DNA of 64,000 nucleotides from Paramoeba atlantica (taxonomy: Eukaryota; Protista; Discosea), in assembly GCA_977017575.1 (NCBI GenBank), contig CDRNVI010000003.1, positions 744,001 to 808,000 on the forward strand, read 5' to 3'. Under the pieces are notes generated by a model. It did not search any database and had not been told where the DNA came from. It saw only the letters and a list, made by a program, of their open reading frames with translations. The position numbers and the translations under genes were made by a program. Positions within the stretch are counted from its first letter, which is position 1. Each line of letters starts with the position of its first letter. Shown piece by piece: positions 54,308 to 64,000 of the stretch.

Positions 54308-57306
54308 TCACTTTTCATGCTCTGTCACGTTTACTTTCTTATTGCCCGTAGTTGATCGCGAACTTGACAATATCTTCGTTGTCTTATTGATTTCCGTAGT
54401 CTTCTGTCGACTTTCGTTGTGTTTTTCGCCTTTTGTCACTTGGGTATCTTCCTCTCCTGTATCTTTTAATCGCTTCTTTTGCGAATGATTCGAACGCGCT
54501 TTTTCTAATATAATTGTATTTGGTCTGACTGTCCGTGAAGGCTCGGGGGCAGAATCTTTATTTTTATGCTTTTTTGTGTTTAATACAGTTGAAGTCATGT
54601 TGCGCGGTGAATTCCTAGATCTTTTGACTGTATTTTGATCACTAGTTTCCTGATTATCGTTTTCATTGGACTTGCTACGGTTTCCGCGTATTTTAGATTT
54701 TGTAGCTGGGGGTTTTACGGTCGTTGTTTCCATTGTTTGAGATTGTTCTATTTTGAAACCTTGTCGCCTACATTGGGTCTTAGTTAAGCGGGGTCCCTGA
54801 TTCAGACCTGTCTTTCTTTTACTTTCCAGCATCAGTACTTCCCCGAAATACTTAACTGAGACTTCACGTTTTGCTAGTTCACATGCCTCTTTCGCCATGG
54901 AGTCGGCTGTGTCGTTGTATGGGTTTTCGTTATGGGATTTTACTTTTACGCAATAGAAATTTCTGTTCGTCTTAATATCAAAATAAGCGTCTCTCAGCAA
55001 TTCCATGGTTTTACGGTTTTCGAAAGATTGATACCCAATGAGCCTATATTTATGAACTATTTCGTGAAAGAATTCCCATAGGTACTCCGAATCTGTGTGT
55101 AAGATAACATCTCCCTCATACGCCTTTGCCTCTTCTATGGCCTCAATTGCAGCATATGATTCGATCGATTGAATTGAGCTGGAATATTCGGGAGGTGGTT
55201 TCATTCCTCTAAATTGTATGCGCTCGCGTCCTCGCAAGATTACCATACCGCATCCCTTGAGTTGTTGATTCTTTTTAAAGATAAGCGATCCGTCAGTGTA
55301 AATATGTGTTTCGTTCTCTCTAATGGGAAACGCCGTTTTTCCTTCTTCGATGAATTGTAGCTCTTTATACCCACTGTGGTGAGCGATTGACGTTTGATAG
55401 CGTTTATCCCAAGACGTTGAAGATACTTTTATGTATGAAGGACGTGGTTCCAGCTCTTTCTGAAGTTTTTCCACCAGCTTGCGCCAATCAGATCGACTTT
55501 GGCCCAATCGAAGTATTTCGGAAACATTAGAGTGTAGTTCAGCTGCGCATCTTTCAGACAAGGAAGGTTTTGAAGTTTCGTCATTCGTCCGCCACATTGC
55601 AGCCGTAAGAAACGGTTGAGAATGCCGTATCAAGTGCCCTATGAGAGAAGCGCGTTGTGTCTGGACCACCGTCGCTGGTTTTAAGTCGGTTGGATATAAA
55701 GAGGTTTCTCTAAGGTGGATGTCCTTCGTATTCTTTACACCGAAAACAACTCTTCGCATTCGATTAATCTGAACCTGGACGGAGTGAAGCTCATCTTGAG
55801 TAATGTTCCAAGTTCCCGGATTATAGTATACCACCGATTGGATTAAAGTTTTAAATATGTGGAATTTACACTTTGAAGAAATAGGAGCTGCCCATAGAGA
55901 TCTCAGTTTGTGCATTGCACCCCATCCTAGCCTCAATCGCTCTTGTGGAGAGGTGCATTTATCCTCCGTATTTTGGGGGCTTCCGAGATATCTATATGAT
56001 TCCACCTTAGGAATCTCACCTAAGCCTTCAATGGTCAACGGTTCACCATCATCTTGCAACTTTCCTAGGATCATCCATGCAGTTTTGTGTGGCCCAACAT
56101 TGATCTGAAGATTCGCCTTTGCTGAGGATAAAAATATATTGTTGATCATTAGTTTTAGCTCATTTTTCGAGGATGCGAAGAACACAATGTCATCTGCATA
56201 GTTGATATCGGAGACCCGCAGTTCTTTTAGTCCCCGACTTCTGGTGCCCGAAGAGTGCGTAACAAGCCCTAGCTTATGCCTGTCTATAGCTTCAACTAGT
56301 ATGCGATCTAAAACCATGATGAACAGGTATGGCGCTAGTACATCTCCTTGTAGAGTGCCTTGTGTGAGAGAAAATTCTTCAGTCTTTCCATAAGGGGTGC
56401 GAACATGGGATCGTAGGTTCTTGTATATTGACATGATGGCATTCGAAAGATTGATAGGTATGTCAAACGCTAGGAGAGTGGCCTCAATTGCAGCGAAAGA
56501 TACTGAGGGAAAGGCTTGTTTAAAGTCGATGAAGCATGCGTACACCCCCGAGCCCCTCTTGGCTTTTGTCGCTATTTCCATAAAAGTCGCTTGAGCGCCT
56601 GCAGTTGAACGATTTGGCCGAAAACCGAATTGATTGCATCGCAAAGAATTTTCTACGGCAGGTTGTATTCGATCGAGGATCATTCGGTTCAATACTTTTG
56701 CAATGTGATTGACAAGGCAGATGGGGCGCCAATTGGCTAGCAACTTTAGATTTCCTTTCTTCGGCAGAGGGACTTGCATTATAGATTTCCATGATTCGTC
56801 CGCACGCCCAGTATCAAGGACGTCGTTCATGATACCAAGAATTATGGCTAGCAGTTCACTGTCATCAGCTATAGCCCTGAGGGCCTCCACCGGTATGTTG
56901 TCATCCCCGGGAGCTTTACCTGTTTTAAGTTTATTCAGTGCGGAGATTATCTCATCTGTACGAAATCTACAGCCGTCAATCTTTTCCAAGCGTTTGGGGG
57001 CAGGAGAAAAAGTTATGGGTTCATTGGTTTTTGTGTCGGCTCTTCCTATTTCGCTGAAATGTTCGCGGACAAGTTTAAGGCTATCGTTTACTGACCCTCC
57101 GAATAATGTGAATTCAAGCCTATTTTCTCCGACTATATTCCGTATAGTTCTATACGCAGACTTAGGAATGGTTTGCAGTTCTTTTTCTAAGTTCTCACAT
57201 TCAGTTACTATACAATGTTCTACGCGGCTTACGTGCTCCTTGGATAGGCGGAGGAATTCCGTTTTATTATTCACAACTTTCATCAAGTGTGTCAAGCTCA
57301 AATTTT
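54308..57306 (-). CDS. LINE RT + RNase H
   Basis: WRPICL, QFGFR, FIDFKQAF, GTLQGDVLAPYLF, YADD, YTDGS. Confidence 0.92.
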
Positions 57307-58722
57307 GGCTAGGGGGGACCTTCGATGAGTACTCATCGTAAGTTGTAGACTTTCGATGAGACTCACGGAAAGTTGTAGACTTTCGATGAGTACTCATCGG
57401 CCCAAATGGCTAGGGGGGACCTTCGATGAGTACTCATCGTAAGTTGTAGACTTTCGATGAGACTCACGGAAAGTTGTAGACTTTCGATGAGTACTCATCG
57501 AAGGTGTTTTTGACTTTTTCAATTTTTCGTATTTTATCAATTTTTTGCGAAGGGCCAACTGTGAGCGTAGCCCTGGGACATAATAATATTTTTTGGCGAC
57601 CCGTGCGCTCCATGCGGAGGTGGTGGATATTAGCACGGCGGGCGGAGGAGGAGTTGGCATCACGGCCTTCTTTTTCCGGCGGGCAGGAGGGAGCGGCAAA
57701 ATCTCAGGACTACTCCTGATTCTTTTGCTTGGGAGCGTGTGAACACTCCCATGAAAGGTAAAAAAAAGTAAATAATCAACAAGGTACAGAAACTGCATCT
57801 TTATCATTAAAGATTATTGTACGTGTGCTTCTCTCTAGATTCGTGGGAAGCAATTTGCGAAACCCAACTACCTTGATAACAAATTTTAGTACCCATTTTG
57901 GCCGCGCGGGGGCCCCCGCGTGAGCGGGGGTGCGCGCGGCAGCGAAACGGCGAGGGCCCGCGTGAGCGGGCCTGAGCCGTACCCCGCGTAGGATTCCCCT
58001 GTGCGTCGTTAGTGGGAAGCAATTTGCGAAGCTCACTGAATTTCGTAGTTTTCGCTACGGAGGCGTTGTCAACGTATGTAGTGAAGTGTAGAATACTGAA
58101 CGCACGGAAAAGGAAAATCAAAAAAAAATCTTGGGTGTTCCACAAAAGTCCTTGACTTCCACCGTAAATTTCCGTTCGTTGAGAACTCAACGAACGTACC
58201 CCCAACCCGTCTACCCCTTCCGCAGGATTGTCCAGAGGCAAGGCCCAACTGTGAGCGTAGCCCTGTTGTTTTTTGTAAGACGGATTCTTCAGCTATTTTG
58301 CCGGTTTTAACGTAGGTATCATGTTTCCGTTACGTTGATGGCCATCAGACTATGAGTAGATCATATGTTTTCTTTTTGTAAATTATGCAGTCTGACTTAG
58401 CTTCTATTATCGATTAGGAGTTCGGATTCTCTTTTGACCATGGGACATAATAATATCTTTTGGCGCCCCGCGCGCTCCAGCACGCGGGTAGCGCACTGGG
58501 AACCTGTCTACCCCTTCCGAAGGATTGTGAATTTGTTTTATACAAACGCTTCAGTTTGTTTGCCACAAACGCTTCGGTGAGTAATAAAAAAACCTCGAAA
58601 ATCTCTATTAGAGTCGCTCAAAAACGCTTCGATGAGTACTCATCGAAAGTTGTAGACTCTCGATGAGACTCACGGAAAGTTGTAGACTTTCGATGAGTAC
58701 TCATCGAAGGTCCCCCCTACCC
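57307..58722. mobile_element. Non-autonomous DNA transposon (1416 bp), relative of 12203-13621
   Basis: TIR GG(c/g)TAGGGGGGACCTTCGATGAGTACTCATCG; 8-bp TSD CAAATTTT at 57299-57306 and 58723-58730; left end tandemly duplicated; interior shared with the other copy. Confidence 0.85.
57777..57812 (-). other. SL exon relic (2 substitutions) inside the DNA transposon
   Basis: Homologous to 12767-12802. Confidence 0.85.
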
Positions 58723-60237
58723 CAAATTTTGAACTACGGTCTCGGAGTAGAAGTTCATTTCTGTATTTTTGGATTGTCTTTTAGGAAGGGACAAGGAGGA
58801 ACGTTCTATTGCCTTGGACAATTTATCCCACGTTATTTTCTTTGAGTTATCAAGATCGGGCGAAGTTTCCTCAGTAGTTTCATTCTCAGAACGATTTCTC
58901 TTGGGAGCTTGTTTTAGAGATCGCTTCACATTTGCTACAAAATTGCTTTTAACATTATCATTCTTTAATGCTCTCCAAAAAGGAGGTTGCACAGTCTTCT
59001 CTTGCGCTTTCCATCGGAAATTAAATACTGCAGAAAGAGCACAGTGTCGTGAGAGAACCGGGGCGATAGTTGCTTTCTGTGCTCGGATGGAAGAGAAAAA
59101 ACGACGGTTGACAATAATGTGATCAAGTTGTTTGGTAAAACCTTCTGGGTATTTTTTGGATCTAGGGAAGCGGTAAGTCCATTTTCTACGTGCGCAACAT
59201 CCTTCGTGCGTGGATTTGGCTCCTAGTGAATTTAAGAACTGTCTCAGCCTCTTGGCTCGTTTTGTGTTGCACTTCCAGCCTTTCGGGGTAAGCAAAGGTG
59301 CGTTCAAATCCCCACAAACTATTTTGACAGGACTATCATCCCCATGCCAAGCGTCAAATAAAGAATCATCAAAAGAGTCTTGTATTGTCGTATTCGCTGT
59401 CGCCGTAGGCGAATAAACGTTGATTAAGCATGCCTTGCTGTTTTCAAGGGTAAAGTTTGCTTTCATTATGCGATTGCTAATGCTTTCAACATAGAGAGGT
59501 TTTGTGCTAATTAGTGCCATTCCGTTGTATCCTTTTATTGCACTCATCAGATAGAGGTGAATCGAGATACCGTTTATATGAAGCTTTCGATGTAAAATCA
59601 GTTCGTTGCCTTCAAACGTCAGCCTTGTTTCCTGCAGTGCCATAATTTCAATGCGTTGACTCCTCATAAAACCGGCCACCTGATGCAGTCTAATACATTT
59701 TCTTAGTGCAAATGAATCCGTTGCTTTTAGTTTCAAGGTGTCTACATTCAAGGTACCAATTGTAAATCCCTCTCTCATAGCGCTCATCTTGGGATGCTGT
59801 TTCCGGTAGCCACTCCGGAAACAGTTTTTGCGCTTCCTATTCTTTCTTACCTTTCCAATTTTTCCCGACAGGCCTACTCTGCCACCTGTTATAATAACGC
59901 GGGGATCCTTCGGAGGGAAGGGAAGAAGACGATCATTAACCACATCGTACTTGACAATGCGCGTGCCATCATCAAGGACAGATTTAACTACCCCCTCCCA
60001 AACCCTCGTACTGGTATCATATGTTTTACACCAGGTTACGGCAAAGTGCTTCCCGGGCATCATCAGATTGGTCATCCTGAACAGGGCACGCGGTCGGAGT
60101 TTTGATACTCCCCATTCCTGCTGCGGAGGCAGGAAAAGGTTTCCCCGACAACACGTGGCCGATCGGAGTCTTTGTTTGATCGCTTCCAAAGCTCCGAACG
60201 GTCCGGACGCCCCCGGCCATTTTTCATTAAAATTCAT
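58723..60237 (-). CDS. LINE N-terminus with AP endonuclease; likely start MNFNEKW at 60237
   Basis: IGTLNV, LQETR, NVYSPT, GDLNA, LDHI, SRHCAL. Confidence 0.88.
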
Positions 60238-61760
60238 TAATAAAAAGTGTTGTCTTAATAAAAAGTGTTGTCTTAATAAAAAGTGTTGTCTTAATAAAAA
60301 GTGTTGTCTTAATAAAAAGTGTTGTCTTAATAAAAAGTGTTGTCTTAATAAAAAGTGTTGTCTTAATAAAAAGTGTTGTCTTAATAAAAAGTGTTGTCTT
60401 AATAAAAAGTGTTGTCTTAATAAAAAGTGTTGTCTTAATAAAAAGTGTTGTCTTAATAAAAAGTGTTGTCTTAATAAAAAGTGTTGTCTTAATAAAAAGT
60501 GTTGTCTTAATAAAAAGTGTTGTCTCAATAAAAAGTGTTGTCTTAATAAAAAGTGTTGTCTTAATAAAAAGTGTTGTCTTAATAAAAAGTGTTGTCTTAA
60601 TAAAAAGTGTTGTCTTAATAAAAAGTGTTGTCTCAATAAAAAGTGTTGTCTTAATAAAAAGTGTTGTCTTAATAAAAAGTGTTGTCTTAATAAAAAGTGT
60701 TGTCTTAATAAAAAGTGTTGTCTTAATAAAAAGTGTTGTCTTAATAAAAAGTGTTGTCTTAATAAAAAGTGTTGTCTTAATAAAAAGTGTTGTCTTAATA
60801 AAAAGTGTTGTCTTAATAAAAAGTGTTGTCTTAATAAAAAGTGTTGTCTTAATAAAAAGTGTTGTCTTAATAAAAGGTGTTGTCTCAATAAAAAGTGTTG
60901 TCTTAATAAAAAGTGTTGTCTTAATAAAAAGTGTTGTCTTAATAAAAAGTGTTGTCTTAATAAAAAGTGTTGTCTTAATAAAAAGTGTTGTCTTAATAAA
61001 AAGTGTTGTCTTAATAAAAAGTGTTGTCTTAATAAAAAGTGTTGTCTTAATAAAAAGTGTTGTCTTAATAAAAAGTGTTGTCTTAATAAAAAGTGTTGTC
61101 TTAATAAAAAGTGTTGTCTTAATAAAAAGTGTTGTGTTAATAAAAAGTGTTGTCTTAATAAAAAGTGTTGTGTTAATAAAAAGTGTTGTCTTAATAAAAA
61201 GTGTTGTCTTAATAAAAAGTGTTGTCTTAATAAAAAGTGTTGTCTTAATAAAAAGTGTTGTCTTAATAAAAAGTGTTGTCTTAATAAAAAGTGTTGTCTT
61301 AATAAAAAGTGTTGTCTTAATAAAAAGTGTTGTCTTAATAAAAAGTGTTGTCTTAATAACAAGTGTTGTCTTAATAACAAGTGTTGTCTTAATAAAAAGT
61401 GTTGTCTTAATAAAAAGTGTTGTCTTAATAAAAAGTGTTGTCTTAATAAAAAGTGTTGTCTTAATAAAAAGTGTTGTCTTAATAAAAAGTGTTGTCTTAA
61501 TAAAAAGTGTTGTCTTAATAAAAAGTGTTGTCTTAATAAAAAGTGTTGTCTTAATAAAAAGTGTTGTCTTAATAAAAAGTGTTGTCTTAATAAAAAGTGT
61601 TGTCTTAATAAAAAGTGTTGTCTTAATAAAAAGTGTTGTCTTAATAAAAAGTGTTGTCTTAATAAAAAGTGTTGTCTTAATAAAAAGTGTTGTCTTAATA
61701 AAAAGTGTTGTCTTAATAAAAAGTGTTGTCTTAATAAAAAGTGTTGTCTTAATAAAAAGT
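60238..61760. repeat. 18-bp minisatellite (AATAAAAAGTGTTGTCTT)n, about 85 copies
   Basis: Directly visible, with few variant units. Confidence 0.97.
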
Positions 61761-61929
61761 GTTGAGGAGCCGCCTGCAGGCCGGGTGAGGCGAAGCTGAG
61801 GGAGACTTTACCCCCCCTGAAAAGTTGAAAAGTTGGGTAGGGGAAAGCAGGAAAGTAGGGAGAAAGGTGGGAAAAGTATGTCAAGAGGTGAGAAAGAGGA
61901 GAAAGAGAGAGAAAAATTTTCTTTATTTG

Positions 61930-63167
61930 CATAAAAACAATATAAAATTGCTAATTTGATTGCTTGTTTTCAACTCGTAAAAAAAAAAAAAAAAAAAAAA
62001 AACGCCATAATATCCAGGACGGGTGCTGGACGAGTCGACAGAGTCTATACTCACGCCTAGCCCGCGAGGGCTAGGTACTCCAAGTGAGGTAGTACACGGG
62101 TAGTGAATCTCCTCCCCGTCGGCCAGCATCCTGTTTCGTGACCGTGTCGCTGTCGACACAGGCCCGCGCCTGCGCCCTCCTGTATAACAAGGGAAGGGTT
62201 CACAAGTCAGGCCGTGGAGAGGTCGAATAAAAAACGTTGTCTTAATAAAAAACGTTGTCTTAAATATCCGTAGTCGGTACTTGGGCGGGTCATCATATGT
62301 TGGACCACATAAAACAGCATAAAACAGCATGGATGACACTTGTCCCCTCGAAACCAGCAAAGCCTCAAAGTAAAAAAGAACAGTTCCCGGATCAATTATT
62401 GTATACGCGCCAATTGTTGTCAAACGTGATGAAGAATCAATGCAGAAGTAGCAGTATCTAATATATTCGAAAGGACCTAATATATTCGAAGGCAACTAAT
62501 CAATACTTATTTGTACGGAGATATACGTGTGGTAGTGAACTCTTTTAGAGTCGTAAACTCCCAATCCACTTTTCATCGGTGATGTAATCTCGGAGTTGAG
62601 ACACTACCGTGTAAGCCGATAGCTTTTCAAGTTCCAGCTGAAAAGCCTCACGCACGTTTTCATATTTTCGAAAGACCCGGTCCGGAACGCGCGAATGGAT
62701 TGGGCATAGATTGCTTGTTTTTATTGTTATTGTTTTTATTGTTCTTATACTTACGGGAGATCGAATTGCTATTTTTGGGCTACAACATGTGAAATTGCTA
62801 ATTTGATTGCTTGTTTACAAATCATATACCCCCCCCAATGGACCTTCATGGTTCATGTATTGGGTAATATAGAGGCAATGCCGCGTTTCATACTTCTCCC
62901 CCCTTATTAATCGCAAAAAAAAAAAAAAAAACCGGAACGCGCGAATGGATTGGGCATAGATTGCTTGTTTTTATTGTTATTGTTTTTATTGTTCTTATAC
63001 TTACGGGAGATCGAATTGCTAGTTTTGGGCTCCAAAATATGAAATTGCTAATTTGATTTCTTATTTTAAAATCATATACCCCCCCCAATGGACCTACTTG
63101 GTTCGTCTAATGGGTCAAAATATAGAGGCAATGCCGCGATTCATACTTCAAAAAAAAAAAAAAAAAA
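61930..63167 (+). repeat. Head-to-tail chain of CRE-A 3' UTR copies, each ending in poly(A)
   Basis: A-tracts near 61979-62002, 62915-62930 and 63150-63167. Confidence 0.8.
62228..62667 (-). pseudogene. CRE-B 3' end inserted in a CRE-A UTR, ending in 18-bp-repeat variants
   Basis: Translates VREAFQLELEKLSAYTVVSQLRDY..*, similar to 27039-27150. Confidence 0.7.
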
Positions 63168-63216
63168 CGATAAAGATACAGTTTAACGATAAAGATACAG
63201 TTTCTGTACCTTGTTG
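63166..63216 (+). other. Partial plus near-full SL exon capping a CRE-A element
   Basis: AACGATAAAGATACAGTTT-AACGAT...CCTTGTTG|AATTATT. Confidence 0.9.
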
Positions 63217-63261
63217 AATTATTTTCTATTTCATCTCTTTCCGAGGTACGGGTTACTCTCA

Positions 63262-64000
63262 ATGTCTGGTATCAGCCCACACGAAGAGACACTTCCCCTC
63301 ATGGACGACGATACATTCCTACAAGAGGAATCCATACATCTACCTGGATCTTGGGACCAATTTGCTGGAAACGCACACCTCATCAAGCATCCAAGCACGT
63401 ATAATGATCTGCTATATACAACTCCGATTCCTGCGAATGTCCCTAATGACTGGTGCGCGAATGCCGCCTCCATCTTAACTCAACAACAAACGCCTGATAC
63501 AGGATGCGAAAATGGAGGCGACGAAGAAACGAACCACTCACGTGTTCTCATCAGATCGAATCTCGAAGTTGATACCACACAGCTTGATAATAATTCCATG
63601 GCTAAGAAATTCCCTCGTCGAAGAGCTTCCGCCACACCTCCGAGTTCTAAGGGTCAGCTTCGGGGCGCTACGAAACCTCAGAAGGCCCGAGAGAAAGCCA
63701 ATACAAGAAAAGCGGAAACCGCGGACTACAAGACCACGCGGGGCCCCCACGTTCTCGAACCTACGGAAAACGTATCACGAGTGACCACTCCTCAGGCCCC
63801 GACCCTGGCAAGTGACCAGGTTCCTGCGACCCCGCCCATTTCTGAGGAAGATCCGCCGCAACGAGAGTGCCCTGCAGATGGGTGTACCTGGAAGACGCAA
63901 GCCCACGGAGGGCAGTGGCAGTACTATTACCACCACGTGGCCTACAGGCATGGGGAAGCAATTTCCAGTGTTTGGTGGGAGAAAGAGGGCCGCTTTCTGT
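63262..64000 (+). CDS. CRE-A ORF N-terminus, runs off the window
   Basis: Open from MSGISPH; STYNDLLYTT and CPADGCTW..HGGQWQ..HVAYRH are homologous to the 25997 ORF. Confidence 0.85.
   Translation, partial: MSGISPHEETLPLMDDDTFLQEESIHLPGSWDQFAGNAHLIKHPSTYNDLLYTTPIPANVPNDWCANAASILTQQQTPDTGCENGGDEETNHSRVLIRSNLEVDTTQLDNNSMAKKFPRRRASATPPSSKGQLRGATKPQKAREKANTRKAETADYKTTRGPHVLEPTENVSRVTTPQAPTLASDQVPATPPISEEDPPQRECPADGCTWKTQAHGGQWQYYYHHVAYRHGEAISSVWWEKEGRFL

Larger units (their letters stand above)
53965..61760 (-). mobile_element. Full-length APE-RT-RNase H LINE (RTE/ingi-like architecture), interrupted by a DNA transposon
   Basis: TSD GTTGAGGAGCC at 53954-53964 and 61761-61771; (TTGG)n tail. The ORF is restored in frame (VVQNL|SLTH) after removing 1424 bp. 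Confidence 0.88.

Noticed and set aside
57307-57500. Palindromic repeats with spacers resembling a CRISPR array (also 12215-12350 and 13480-13610)
   Set aside because: The spacers are themselves repeated, there are no cas genes, the context is eukaryotic, and the blocks are transposon subterminal repeats bounded by TIRs and TSDs.
60238-61760. Telomeric repeat
   Set aside because: It is not TTAGGG-like, it is internal, and it is flanked by unique sequence on both sides.
58717-61932. 1071-aa ORF with (LLRQHF)n, and the antisense (NKKCCL)n and (IKSVVL)n ORFs
   Set aside because: These are by-products of a stop-free 18-bp repeat. The upstream ATG at 61932 lies outside the LINE TSD, in a pyrimidine tract.
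1-64000. The whole window as a collapsed or chimeric assembly
   Set aside because: Many insertions have matching TSDs or restore reading frames exactly when removed, which argues for real nesting. Individual poly(A)-SL junctions still need long-read support.

Overview
This is eukaryotic DNA from a kinetoplastid-like euglenozoan, judged from the kinetoplastid-type 5S rRNA and a spliced-leader (SL) RNA gene with the conserved ACAGTTTCTGTAC..TTG|GTATGAG core. I cannot name the species. I recognise no host protein gene. The window is a deeply nested transposable-element cluster around about 1.5 units of a 1454-bp SL RNA/5S rRNA repeat. It contains: (1) tyrosine-recombinase (YR) retrotransposons with gag-YR-RT/RNase H order, two of them complete with split direct repeats, plus two solo A-B remnants; (2) two families of CRE-like non-LTR retrotransposons (RT plus restriction-like endonuclease), called CRE-A and CRE-B here, many 5'-truncated and chained head-to-tail through poly(A); (3) an APE-RT-RNase H LINE with a (TTGG)n tail and about 85 copies of an 18-bp repeat at its 5' end; (4) four copies of a tRNA-headed SINE; (5) two non-autonomous GG-ended DNA transposons with 8-bp TSDs and one Tc1/mariner remnant. 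The most interesting signals are a conserved putative double-recoding scheme in the YR elements (-1 slippery site gag->pol, in-frame stop gag->YR), genomic SL exons capping retrotransposons and retrocopies in poly(A)-SL concatemers, and the tRNA-derived SINE. All alignments, frames and folds were done by eye; no searches were run.
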